A stretch of DNA of 64,000 bases from a virus, in the IMG/VR virus record IMGVR_UViG_3300037502_002304, positions 26,012-90,011 of that record. One strand, given 5' to 3'. The notes beneath the pieces are model-generated. The model was not told where the DNA came from. It saw only the letters and a list, made by a program, of their open reading frames with translations, and did no database searches. This document shows positions 11,014-20,911 of the stretch, in pieces; within the stretch, counting starts at the first letter, position 1; the number at the start of each line of letters is the position of its first letter. Position numbers and translations under genes: made by a program.

Positions 11014-11851
11014 CTTTATTGTTAACACTCTATAAAGAGTGTGCCTAGTCATTTCTGCTAGGCTCTGCATATTACTATGCAGAACAGACTATATCATCAC
11101 CCATTACTGGGGCCTTTCGTCCAATAATTTGTATTTAAAAGAATCTGTTATGTATGGTCTAATACCTTTCATAAATTTATTAATATCTTTTGTTCTTAAA
11201 GTTAGATAATAATACTTACCGTTCTTATTTATATTCCACTCCAAATTTAATTTATCTTTTAAAGCCTTCTTTAAGATGAATAAATCTCCATAAGAAAGTC
11301 TTTTAAGATTTAGAGTTACTTTATATGAAGGATTGACCATACCTATATTAGGTCTAAAATCTTTATAAATAGACCCATCACTCATATATAAAAAGGATAA
11401 GGCTTCATAATCTAATAATTTTAAGGCGTGTACATCAATACTTTTATAGTTACCTACATATATTCTATCTCTTAATTTAGTAAAGAATGGGTGTGTTTTT
11501 GTTTCTAACCTATATTGAGGTTGTCTGCCTTCTCCTTTATCTACAGAATATATTTTAGTACTGGTAATGTTTTCTAAAATATCTCTACATAAAAGAACAT
11601 AATCTTTATTTTTTTGTATCATATTCATTATAAACTTGGCATTTTTCTTATACTTATACACGCCTCCGTCTCCCATTACCATAAAAGAGACTAACTTAAC
11701 CAATTCCTTTTTATCAGTGATTTTTCTCATAACAAATTATTATAGTCGTTACACAATTCATATCGAATTAGCACGGTATTGTCCTAGTAGGAGTTCTACC
11801 GTTTTTAGAAAGGTTTTCATAGTAGATTACTCTATTATGCCGCTATCATTA
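11014..11851 (-). mobile_element. Group I self-splicing intron in nrdJ
   Basis: Removal restores AAT CCG T|GT CAT GAG (NPCHE). Exon 1 ends in U and the intron ends in G. P1 CCGU/GCGG and P10 AUGAU/GUCAU pairings are present, with P7-like strands GUAACGACUA and GAUAUAGUC. Confidence 0.9.
11104..11730 (-). CDS. Intron-encoded LAGLIDADG homing endonuclease
   Basis: Two LAGLIDADG-like helices, VSFMVMGDGG and LSFLYMSDGS; lies between the two P7-like strands. Confidence 0.88.
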   Translation of the reverse strand: MRKITDKKELVKLVSFMVMGDGGVYKYKKNAKFIMNMIQKNKDYVLLCRDILENITSTKIYSVDKGEGRQPQYRLETKTHPFFTKLRDRIYVGNYKSIDVHALKLLDYEALSFLYMSDGSIYKDFRPNIGMVNPSYKVTLNLKRLSYGDLFILKKALKDKLNLEWNINKNGKYYYLTLRTKDINKFMKGIRPYITDSFKYKLLDERPQ

Positions 11852-12803
11852 ACGGATTAAATCCCATTTCTGGATTATTAGTCCAAGAAATACCAGGCTC
11901 ACCACTTCCTGAAGCTTTAATGTATTCCCACAAATCAAAGAATGTTTCTTTAGTAGCTCTTGACCTTACTAAAACTACACTATTATTAGCTCTACCTCTT
12001 TGTGGATTTAATTCCCACCAGTTACCTGTTTTACAAGATAACATTTCTTTATCATCCACAGAGAATAATGATATTAGTGCTGCTCTTCTAATACCTCCAG
12101 ATAGTACAGAATCAGCTATATGACACATAATATCATGTACTTCTATAGGCCTTAACTTACTATTATCAGGTTTATTATCTAATATACCACGTACTTTGGT
12201 AATACATTCTTTTAATGGTTGAGGACCAGGTGCTTTACCTCCAGAAGTAATTAATAAACTACCCTTAGGTCTAATTTCCCTATAATCGAATTCTATTGTA
12301 GAAGAAATCATACCAAAGTAGGATTTCATCAACATTTTAATAGCATCAGCCCACCCAACTATACTATCTTCTATTACATATCTCCTAACTCTATTAGGAT
12401 TAGGTTTTCTGATATAAGGTAACTGTTCAACATGATGTTTTTGAACGGAATATCCTACACCAGAACCACTTAGTAATAGAAACATAGCTTCTTGGAAGGC
12501 TCTATAATCATTCATAGCCATGAAGCTACAATTATAAAGTCTAGCAGGGTTAACATCTGCTGCAGGCCCTGCAAACTGCATACTCCTCATTGAAGGAAGT
12601 ACCTTTTTGTTTAAAACAAATGAATATGCCCATTCAATATCATCCTTTAATTTAGGAAATTTCTTCAGGTGCATATTCTTATTCCTATCTACAATCTCCT
12701 GCCAAGTTTCCCTACGATTTAAATCATAAAGATACCTAGCATACTTGTTAAAAATAGTAATCTCACTCAAAATCTCTCTACTTCTATCCATATTACTATT
12801 CAT
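11852..12803 (-). CDS. nrdJ: Class II ribonucleotide reductase, exon 1
   Basis: KYARY...RRETW, LPSMR, YNCSF, GSGVGYSV, GGIRRAALI, GEPG, ends GFNP. Confidence 0.9.
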
Positions 12804-12820
12804 ATTAAAATATTTAGTTA

Positions 12821-13474
12821 TTAATAATTTTTAAGTAATTCATCAATTATTGGATGTCTCCAATTAGTCTTAAGACTATAATATCCTACTCCTTCTACAA
12901 TTTGGCTTAATTCACATAATCTTTTAAATCCAGATTCTTCTTTATTAATTAAAGCTTGATCTATATCACCACAGAAAATCATTTGAGAACTACGACCTAA
13001 TCTAGTAAAGAAAGCAATAGTGTCTTCTTTATTAAGATTCTGTGCTTCATCTACTATTACTATTGAATTATTAAAAGTTCTACCTTGTACAAACATAGTA
13101 GGTACTATCTTCAATACTTTATCTTTAACTAGTTTATCGTAATTTTCACATCCTTCTATATCTGTGATAATTTCGATTATAGGGGCAAGCCAAGGGTCAA
13201 GTTTTTGTACAATATCTCCAGGAAGAAATCCAATATTATGTTCTTTTTTAAAAACTGGGGGTCTAGTAATTATAATATTTTTAATTCCTGAATTCTTACG
13301 CCCTAGAGCATACTGCTCTAGAGCATAAGTTGAAGCTAATCTAGTCTTCCCAGTTCCTGCTCTTCCTGCTAGACAAGTAATTACATTACTTTTTATGACC
13401 TTTTTAGCTTCTAATTGATCTTTACTAAGACTTTCATTATACTTCTGGATTGGTGCTTTTGGTACTCTTCCCAT
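12821..13474 (-). CDS. phoH: PhoH-family ATPase
   Basis: GRAGTGKT, ITRP, GFLPG, GRTF, VDEAQN, TRLG, GDIDQ, RHP. Confidence 0.93.
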   Translation of the reverse strand: MGRVPKAPIQKYNESLSKDQLEAKKVIKSNVITCLAGRAGTGKTRLASTYALEQYALGRKNSGIKNIIITRPPVFKKEHNIGFLPGDIVQKLDPWLAPIIEIITDIEGCENYDKLVKDKVLKIVPTMFVQGRTFNNSIVIVDEAQNLNKEDTIAFFTRLGRSSQMIFCGDIDQALINKEESGFKRLCELSQIVEGVGYYSLKTNWRHPIIDELLKNY

Positions 13475-13490
13475 AGATTATCTTTTAAAA

Positions 13491-13997
13491 TTAATCATCA
13501 TAATAGGTTTCCTTAATTATATCAATTTTACTACTTAAATCTACATCTTCTGGAAATTCTTCTAAGTTAAGATAGTCTATCCATTGCTGAATCAATTCTG
13601 GATCTCTGTATACTACTTTACTGATTAAATCATATACATGCAGCGGATAATACTCAAAAGTAAATTTAATAATCTTAGCTTTACTTTCTTCACTAATCTT
13701 ACTGTATTTACCGTTAATAAATTTAATATAATCTTCTAAATACTCATCTTTAATTTTTAAGATTAAAATATACTCATTAGTATTTTCTTTGTGAAAAAGG
13801 GCGTCAAAGATAGGAATATTTTTATAATAATCAAAAAAATCTTCGGAAATATTTTCACCGTCGATTAATAAGACTAATACTTTATCCTTATCTCGATACC
13901 TTATAAAAGTATTTTTAAGATTATCTAATAATGTCTGAACATTTTTTTGATAATCAGATAGTACTAACGGTAAAATGTAATTTTTTGACTTATTCAT
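13491..13997 (-). CDS. Hypothetical protein
   Basis: 168-aa packed ORF (FINGKYSKISEE). Confidence 0.7.
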   Translation of the reverse strand: MNKSKNYILPLVLSDYQKNVQTLLDNLKNTFIRYRDKDKVLVLLIDGENISEDFFDYYKNIPIFDALFHKENTNEYILILKIKDEYLEDYIKFINGKYSKISEESKAKIIKFTFEYYPLHVYDLISKVVYRDPELIQQWIDYLNLEEFPEDVDLSSKIDIIKETYYDD

Positions 13998-14030
13998 ACG
14001 CCTCTACCAACTTCACGATTAAACTTACTA

Positions 14031-15242
14031 TTAAGATGCTTTAAAATTATAAATAGGTTTTAAAATATCTATAACTTCTACAGTACCTTTAATATTATTT
14101 ATAATTTCATCTATAGGCTTATAAGCCATAGGTGACTCATCTAAGGTATCTTTAGTTACAGAACTACTATAAATACCTGACATACTCTTAACATATTCAT
14201 CATAATTAAGAGTTTCAAAAGCTTTTTTACGACTCATTAACCTTCCTGCGCCATGCGGTGCAGAACAATTCCATTCAACATTTCCTAATCCTCTACATAA
14301 TAATGTCCCCTCCTTCATATTAATAGGTATAACAACTAATTTATTTAATAGGGCACTTATTGCTCCTTTTCTTACAATATAAGTGTCATCATCTATACTT
14401 TTTGCTATAAAATTATGAATAGTATTAATAGTTTTCACCCTAAAATTTAGATTCATATTTCTTAAAATAATATAAGCTATATAAGTTCTATTTAATAAAG
14501 CATAAAGGGTTACTTTTTGTACATCTTCAATATAATTATCAAAGTTTTTTCCTATTAAAACAGCATTTTCTTCATTAATAGATCTTTGCTTAATCTTATT
14601 AATAGCACTCTGTATTTCCTTTTGTCTACCAGCAGCTTTAAGCCTATTAATAGTACGCTGTATTTTCTTCCTTTTAGAATCTTTTAAGAAATCTATAGCT
14701 ACTTTCTCATAATATTTAGCTACTTGATAACCTAAACTTCTACTACCAGAATGAATTATAAGATATAAATTACCTTCTTTATCTTTATCTACTTCTATAA
14801 AATGATTTCCTCCTCCTAGAGTTCCTATAGACTGTTTAGCTCTTTCAATATCTACATGATCTTTACATTTTAAACTATTTAAAAGTTTAGTGATAAGTAT
14901 ATTATCATTGTAATTTTTATGAACATTTTTACCACTGGGTACAGTATATTTAATAATAGCATCTAATTTTTTAAGATCAATATCTTTTTCTTGAAGCTTA
15001 AAAGCAGTGACCCCACAGCCAATATCCACACCTATTAATTTAGGTGAAATCTTATCTTTAACAGTCATAGTAGTACCTATAGTACATCCTTTTCCAGAAT
15101 GTACATCAGGCATAATTCTAATTTTAGAATCTTTATAAAAGGGATTATTAGCTAGATTTTTTATCTGCTTTAAAGCCTCATCTTCAATGTTATCAGTAAA
15201 AATTTTTACTTCTGATCCAAATTTAGTTTTAAAAGTCTTCAT
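14031..15242 (-). CDS. rtcB: RtcB RNA 3'-P/5'-OH ligase
   Basis: MPDVHSG, GVDIGCG, GTLGGGNHFIE, HSGSR, HN, RKGA, SAPHGAGR, DESPMAYK. Confidence 0.95.
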   Translation of the reverse strand: MKTFKTKFGSEVKIFTDNIEDEALKQIKNLANNPFYKDSKIRIMPDVHSGKGCTIGTTMTVKDKISPKLIGVDIGCGVTAFKLQEKDIDLKKLDAIIKYTVPSGKNVHKNYNDNILITKLLNSLKCKDHVDIERAKQSIGTLGGGNHFIEVDKDKEGNLYLIIHSGSRSLGYQVAKYYEKVAIDFLKDSKRKKIQRTINRLKAAGRQKEIQSAINKIKQRSINEENAVLIGKNFDNYIEDVQKVTLYALLNRTYIAYIILRNMNLNFRVKTINTIHNFIAKSIDDDTYIVRKGAISALLNKLVVIPINMKEGTLLCRGLGNVEWNCSAPHGAGRLMSRKKAFETLNYDEYVKSMSGIYSSSVTKDTLDESPMAYKPIDEIINNIKGTVEVIDILKPIYNFKAS

Positions 15243-16261
15243 GTTAAAGGTGTTTGAATTTCAATCACTCCATTATTTTCTGCAATATGCCTAGGAAGAA
15301 TAAATTCTTCATTTTCTAGATACCATTTATAATCATCTACTATTTCTAGGATACCTTTATATTCTTTTCCAGTTCTGGTAATCCAGCCTTCAGCAGCCAT
15401 TTCAATGAATTTATTAGGCATCTTATAAATTAAAGGTAATTCTGGATTTTCTCTAGAAATGTAAATGAATTCAAATGGTGCTACTTCAAAGTCTTTGAAA
15501 TAAGGAACTGTTTCTCTAATATAGTATACTGCTATAGTATACATAGCAGCTTGTAGATAATATTTATATTTATAAAAGTTTTCCATAAAATTAAAGAAAG
15601 TTCCTGTCTTTAAATCTTTAGGGTAAATAACCTTATTTTTATGATCTACTATTACAATATCAAGCATTCCCTTTACTTCTACTCCTCTTATAGTAAAGAA
15701 AATAATTGCTTGTTTTACAATCTCTATATTTTCATCATAACTTTCTCTAAATATATCCCTAGTATATTCATGAGATTTTAAAGTAGCAACCATTGTTTGT
15801 GCCAACTCTAATTCATCAGGACTTATATATTTTTTGCCCCTTAACATAGCTTTCACCATATTAAGTTGCACCTCAAAGAACTTATCCTTTAAATTAGGGG
15901 ACTTCTTAAAGTTTAATTTCTTACAAATATCCTTTAAATCAGAGTCTTGTATATTAATTAAGTTATTATCAAATATATACTTTAATATTTTACTATGGTG
16001 AGTCCTTCCTGATAAATCAGGTGATACATTACTAATAGTGTATTCTTCATTTACATCATAATCCTCACCTGTTAAATATTTATCAACTATACTTCCAAGT
16101 GTAAGACTTGGACTTCTTTTTTCAGGGATACCCTCCATTATTACGGAGGGTCCCTTTTCTTCTAATTCCTTAAAGAATGAATAAGAAGGTCTAGGATCTG
16201 CTCTATATTCTTTTTCTGGAATGTCTTGACAACAACTTTTAAATTCTACCATATCTTTCAT
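15239..16261 (-). CDS. PD-(D/E)XK exonuclease (RecE/Exo VIII-like)
   Basis: SYS, GSIVD, KGMLD...DLKT, YYLQAAMY. Confidence 0.8.
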   Translation of the reverse strand: MKDMVEFKSCCQDIPEKEYRADPRPSYSFFKELEEKGPSVIMEGIPEKRSPSLTLGSIVDKYLTGEDYDVNEEYTISNVSPDLSGRTHHSKILKYIFDNNLINIQDSDLKDICKKLNFKKSPNLKDKFFEVQLNMVKAMLRGKKYISPDELELAQTMVATLKSHEYTRDIFRESYDENIEIVKQAIIFFTIRGVEVKGMLDIVIVDHKNKVIYPKDLKTGTFFNFMENFYKYKYYLQAAMYTIAVYYIRETVPYFKDFEVAPFEFIYISRENPELPLIYKMPNKFIEMAAEGWITRTGKEYKGILEIVDDYKWYLENEEFILPRHIAENNGVIEIQTPLT

Positions 16262-16264
16262 ATT

Positions 16265-16471
16265 TTAACCAAAATAATATTCTGTAACCATTGTATCCAA
16301 TTCAGATAATTTCTTACTTCTAGGATGTCTCTCACAAAGAGATTCTGTAATAATTCTAGCTACATGACCTTCAGATTGGTCAGTATTTACTGCTTCTATA
16401 AATGCTTTCTTTACTTGTCTATCCCTTATATATTTTTTAGCATGCTTAATAATATCTTCTTTATTATACAT
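16265..16471 (-). CDS. Hypothetical protein
   Basis: Packed ORF. Confidence 0.6.
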   Translation of the reverse strand: MYNKEDIIKHAKKYIRDRQVKKAFIEAVNTDQSEGHVARIITESLCERHPRSKKLSELDTMVTEYYFG

Positions 16472-16474
16472 ACA

Positions 16475-17116
16475 TTATTTCTTTAAGTTAAACAAAAATT
16501 CATTTAAAGTTTTTACATCATAATTTAACTTACTTTCTCCAATTCTATTTTTAGAAGTATTTCTCCTATATACTTCTAGATTAATTACTTTTCTAGGAGT
16601 AAAAGTTAAATTAAATAATGTATCAGCTCTTTTACTTTTTTTAGGGGAAAAAGGTTTTATCTTTTGGATATAAATTCCAGCCTTATCATATAACCATTTT
16701 TGTTTGTATGGAAATGAAATACTACTACTAGTATTCTTTTCATAATAAGCTTTTATTTCTACATAAGAAATAAATTTTCTTTCTCCATCTTCTTCTACTG
16801 TAGTATTTACTCTAAATGGAATATCTCTTACATTACCTTTTATAGGCACTTCAGTATTTAAATAAAATATATTTTCAGCCTTTTTATTCCATAAAATAGA
16901 GAAGTCAGCAGTAATACTGGCTTCCCTTAATAAATGTTCTGATTTTACAACTGTCTTACCTCTGACATTTTTATAATAATAATTTACTACTGGCTCACTA
17001 AGAGGAAAAGTATTTACTTCATATCCCCAATCTTTTACAAATCCAGCTTGTTTTAATTCTTCTAAATAATAAGAAAAATACTCTTCTTCCCTAGACTTAA
17101 AATCATAATCAATCAT
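16475..17116 (-). CDS. Putative PD-(D/E)XK endonuclease
   Basis: FKSREE...YE...TADF...VEIKA...KQKWL pattern. Confidence 0.55.
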   Translation of the reverse strand: MIDYDFKSREEEYFSYYLEELKQAGFVKDWGYEVNTFPLSEPVVNYYYKNVRGKTVVKSEHLLREASITADFSILWNKKAENIFYLNTEVPIKGNVRDIPFRVNTTVEEDGERKFISYVEIKAYYEKNTSSSISFPYKQKWLYDKAGIYIQKIKPFSPKKSKRADTLFNLTFTPRKVINLEVYRRNTSKNRIGESKLNYDVKTLNEFLFNLKK

Positions 17117-17987
17117 CTGAATCCTCCTCTTCTAAATAATTCTCTGCATTACTATTATATCTCTTATTATATTCATCTACAGAAAAAGCAATTCCTAAAT
17201 ATTTAGAAATAGCTCTTACATACCTTAAATGAGTTGTAGTACCTCTTTTCATTCCTGGTGCAGTATTAATTTCTAATACACGAGCTTCTCCTGTATTTGA
17301 ATTATATGCAATATCTACTGCACCAAATACTAATCCAAGAGCAGGAATAGCAGCTAATGCTACCTCTTTTACTATATCTGGAACTTCTATTCCCTTCCTA
17401 CAAAATGACCAACCTTTTTTAAAGTTTCTAATATATTTAGATTCTTCAGTAATAACTATATTCTTTTCTGCACGTCTACTGCTAGACATTTTCTTTTTCT
17501 GTACAGCATCTATTACTTCTCCATTAAATACATGAATCCTATACTCAGCATCATTTTCAAAATATTCTGTATATAATTTAGCATCTACTAACTCATCTTC
17601 AGTAGTAGCTAATACAATACCTTTACCTTCTTTACTAGATACTAAAGTTCTACAATAAATTATTTTACCATTTCTAATAGCTTTGGCTGCATCTTTCTTT
17701 TTTAGATAAAAAGTTACATGAGGTACATCACTTAACTCTAAGTTAATAAGAGTCTTAATTTTATTAGAAGCTAATGCTACATTTTCAGGTCTATTTATAA
17801 TAATTATATCAGCATTACCACGTCTTAAAGCAGGGGCATCTCCTGCATACCCCCAATTTAATACAACATGTCCAGTTCTTGGGATATAATTTCTATTTGG
17901 ATATATTCTTTTACATTTAAAATGTCTTGAAATAGCCTTAGAAGATAGACTATTCATTTTGTAAGGAAGAACTTTTAAATTTCTCAT
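17109..17987 (-). CDS. ATP-grasp peptide ligase (RimK/phiEco32-like)
   Basis: LNWG, ASNK, GKGI, EYRIHVF, IRN, LGLVFGAVD, VLEINTAPG. Confidence 0.88.
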   Translation of the reverse strand: MRNLKVLPYKMNSLSSKAISRHFKCKRIYPNRNYIPRTGHVVLNWGYAGDAPALRRGNADIIIINRPENVALASNKIKTLINLELSDVPHVTFYLKKKDAAKAIRNGKIIYCRTLVSSKEGKGIVLATTEDELVDAKLYTEYFENDAEYRIHVFNGEVIDAVQKKKMSSSRRAEKNIVITEESKYIRNFKKGWSFCRKGIEVPDIVKEVALAAIPALGLVFGAVDIAYNSNTGEARVLEINTAPGMKRGTTTHLRYVRAISKYLGIAFSVDEYNKRYNSNAENYLEEEDSDD

Positions 17988-18012
17988 AGTAGTTTATTTA
18001 AAAAGATTTAAC

Positions 18013-18426
18013 TTATTTATATATATTTAAATATACTAAACAAATTGCCATTCGAGATTTATTAGTGCTAGTATACTTTTTAACTTCAACCTTGTCATAA
18101 TAAGGTTTAAGTTTTTCTAATATAGTATCTAAATATTTTTCTCTAACATCAATTGCCATTATTTGTTTACCTACATACTCTTTGAGTAATGACATAATTT
18201 TGTCAATATACTCTTGTTTCCTGAGATTAACAAGTGATTCAATATTTCCTACAGTAAATAATTGACAATTTAATGTTGGATCTACTGTGACTAATATACT
18301 AACATAATTAGCATTTAAAAATATTATTTCTCCAATATAAGGAAAATATTTATGTTTCCATTCAAATACTATTTCTACATCTTGTGTCATTTTAGTAATA
18401 TTTAAATTATATAAGTTTTTCGTCAC
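18013..18426 (-). CDS. Hypothetical protein, paralog of 18407-18799
   Basis: Shared PTxNCQL, xGKxI..ID.R, KKYTSTNxSxM..CL.YL. Confidence 0.7.
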   Translation of the reverse strand: MTKNLYNLNITKMTQDVEIVFEWKHKYFPYIGEIIFLNANYVSILVTVDPTLNCQLFTVGNIESLVNLRKQEYIDKIMSLLKEYVGKQIMAIDVREKYLDTILEKLKPYYDKVEVKKYTSTNKSRMAICLVYLNIYK

Positions 18427-18799
18427 TTAAGTATAATAAACATAAAACCATTTCAGACCCATTAGTACTTGTATATTTCTTAATGTTTATTTTATTACAA
18501 TATGGCTGTACTAATTTCTCCATTTTATCTAAATAGAATTGTCTAATATCTATTAATACAATATTTTTACCAATATGATATTTAATTTTTTTAAAAATCT
18601 GTCTAACTATATCTGGAAATTCTTTTAATTCTAAAAGTTCTTCACTTCCTCCTAAAGAACATAATTGACAATTAAAAGTAGGAGAACTATATACTGTTAG
18701 AATAATATCGAAAAAAGGATCATGTTCTATAGTTATTTTTCCTGCACTAATTGGGCCAGTAACCCATTCAAATTTTACATTATTAATAGAATCTCTCAT
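18407..18799 (-). CDS. Hypothetical protein, paralog of 18013-18426
   Basis: Shared PTxNCQL and KKYTSTNxSxM motifs. Confidence 0.7.
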   Translation of the reverse strand: MRDSINNVKFEWVTGPISAGKITIEHDPFFDIILTVYSSPTFNCQLCSLGGSEELLELKEFPDIVRQIFKKIKYHIGKNIVLIDIRQFYLDKMEKLVQPYCNKINIKKYTSTNGSEMVLCLLYLSDEKLI

Positions 18800-18800
18800 A

Positions 18801-19484
18801 TTACAATAATTTTAATTCTTGATCATAATATTTTTTAACTAATCCTACTAAATTTTTAAAATCAAATTCCCATAATCTACCTTTTCTAGCAGCATATGAA
18901 GGATGTTCTGCTTCTAGAATGATATGAGCATTTGAGTTTATATATTGTTTATAATCCTGTGCATTCTTACCCCACAAACAGAATATTAATCCACTGTTAT
19001 ATTCTGATAGTCTTTTAAGCACTTCAATAGTAAACCATTTCCAATACTTAAAATGACTTTCTGGCTCACCTTTTTTCACAGTTAAAGCAGTATTATATAA
19101 AAATATACCTTGGTTAGCCCAATGTATTAAATCCTTTTTAAACTCTCCTTCATAATTAAAATCGTATTCTACACGTTCTTTTATTTTTCTGAGAGAAGGA
19201 CTTAATCCATTAGAAGATAAATCATTAGAGAAAGCTAATCCATTAGCTCTATTATTTGGATAAGGGTCTTGGCCTAATATAACTACTTTTAAATCATCAT
19301 AATTTGTTAATTTAAAGGCATTAAATACCTTATTTTTCTCTGGAAATATTAATCCTTTATTTACTTTATACTCTTTACTCAAAGAGTCTAAAATCTTATA
19401 AAAATCAGTAGATAGTAATATAGGACTTAACATCCTATACCAACTACCTACTAATTTTTGTGCAAATTCTTTACTAACTTTCAT
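18801..19484 (-). CDS. ung: Family 1 uracil-DNA glycosylase
   Basis: VVILGQDPYP, GLAFS, PSL, NTALTV, LWG, HPS. Confidence 0.95.
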   Translation of the reverse strand: MKVSKEFAQKLVGSWYRMLSPILLSTDFYKILDSLSKEYKVNKGLIFPEKNKVFNAFKLTNYDDLKVVILGQDPYPNNRANGLAFSNDLSSNGLSPSLRKIKERVEYDFNYEGEFKKDLIHWANQGIFLYNTALTVKKGEPESHFKYWKWFTIEVLKRLSEYNSGLIFCLWGKNAQDYKQYINSNAHIILEAEHPSYAARKGRLWEFDFKNLVGLVKKYYDQELKLL

Positions 19485-20909
19485 TCATACTATTTCTTTT
19501 ATTGGAAAATTAAAATTATTTAAATTGTCGCATTTAACATCTAATACTCCTATAAAATCATGATATTTACTTTGATACATATTCATAAGATCTTTTCTAT
19601 ACTTTATATAAGCTTTTAAGAACTTATTAAGCATTTTATCTTTATAAATAGTATCTATAATAGAGTTAAGAGTAATATTTTTATTAAAAGGATTTTCATC
19701 TTTAACTCTAAAAGCATATTCTACAATAGCACTGGTAATAAATATCCAAGCAGCTATCTTATCTTTATTAAAAGTACTGTTATGAATTCTAAATTCTACA
19801 GTACCACTACCAGCAAAAGCATAATGATTTAAATTACATATATAATATCTAGAATTAACAGCCCATTTATGCTCATTATATGCATCTATAGGATGGCTCA
19901 TTCCTATATGAAAAGAATCTAAATCTACATTATCAGATGATAGAAATAAAACTATATTTTCTAGATCATGTTCAAAATCATCATAAGTTATTAGATTTTT
20001 ATTTAATGGTTGACAATAATTCTTACCAGTACTTTTAAATAAAGCTGTCCTTTTTAATAATAAAGGAAACATTTTATATATTTCATCCTGAACTGTACAT
20101 ACTGTTCTATAAAGAGATACTAACATTTCATCAGAGCGGGAATAACCTCCTATATGGACATGTAAACTTTCATCTACACTTCTAGAACAGTACTTATTCA
20201 ATAGTTCAGAATGAGTTTTAATAGCTGGAAATACAACATTTTTGTCTAGAATTACAGTAGCATATTCAAAAGAAATACCTCTAGACTTTCTGAGACTACC
20301 ATCTTTTACTGGTATTAATCCATTAATTAAACATTTATTTTCAGGGATTTTACCTGCATATGTTTCATATTCTAACCCCACAGTAACATTATCTGGTAAA
20401 AATTTCCAGAAATGCTTTACTTTAGGTGGATTAAAGTGTTTATTAAAACTGTTGGTAAAACCTTGCAATAATCTATCTGCACTATAATCAAAGGGGAAAT
20501 TATAACTTCCCCCTAAAGTTGGTCTATAGAACTTTTTATTTGCTTTATTTTTACGAACAAATATACCAGTTCTTATATCTTCTACATATTTACCACTTTT
20601 TAATAAAACACTTTCATCATAAAAAATTCCTTCTGAAGGTATAGCAACACTTTTTATAGGATCAAATTTAAAATGAGCATAAACAGGTTTATCCTTCTTG
20701 TAATCAACTATACCTTTTACATGTGCTGCACTCTTTAATACATAATTCTTTACATCATAATCATACACTACTAAATTACTATCAATTCGATAATATCGGC
20801 CGTTAGGCATTTTAAAGCACTGACGACCGATTTCATAATACTTACCATTATATTTTCTACAATTATCTTTAGGTGCAAGTGTACCATCAAAAGTTTCTAC
20901 CATTTCCAT
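19485..20909 (-). CDS. Putative amidoligase (COOH-NH2 ligase fold)
   Basis: GLEYET, DGSL, EYAT, SLHVHIG, SRY..N, TVEFR. Confidence 0.8.
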   Translation of the reverse strand: MEMVETFDGTLAPKDNCRKYNGKYYEIGRQCFKMPNGRYYRIDSNLVVYDYDVKNYVLKSAAHVKGIVDYKKDKPVYAHFKFDPIKSVAIPSEGIFYDESVLLKSGKYVEDIRTGIFVRKNKANKKFYRPTLGGSYNFPFDYSADRLLQGFTNSFNKHFNPPKVKHFWKFLPDNVTVGLEYETYAGKIPENKCLINGLIPVKDGSLRKSRGISFEYATVILDKNVVFPAIKTHSELLNKYCSRSVDESLHVHIGGYSRSDEMLVSLYRTVCTVQDEIYKMFPLLLKRTALFKSTGKNYCQPLNKNLITYDDFEHDLENIVLFLSSDNVDLDSFHIGMSHPIDAYNEHKWAVNSRYYICNLNHYAFAGSGTVEFRIHNSTFNKDKIAAWIFITSAIVEYAFRVKDENPFNKNITLNSIIDTIYKDKMLNKFLKAYIKYRKDLMNMYQSKYHDFIGVLDVKCDNLNNFNFPIKEIV

Positions 20910-20911
20910 AG

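Noticed and set aside
11835-11851. C-terminal LMIAA of the 322-aa RNR ORF and the Met start at 10984
   Set aside because: Artefacts of intron read-in; splicing gives one continuous NrdJ
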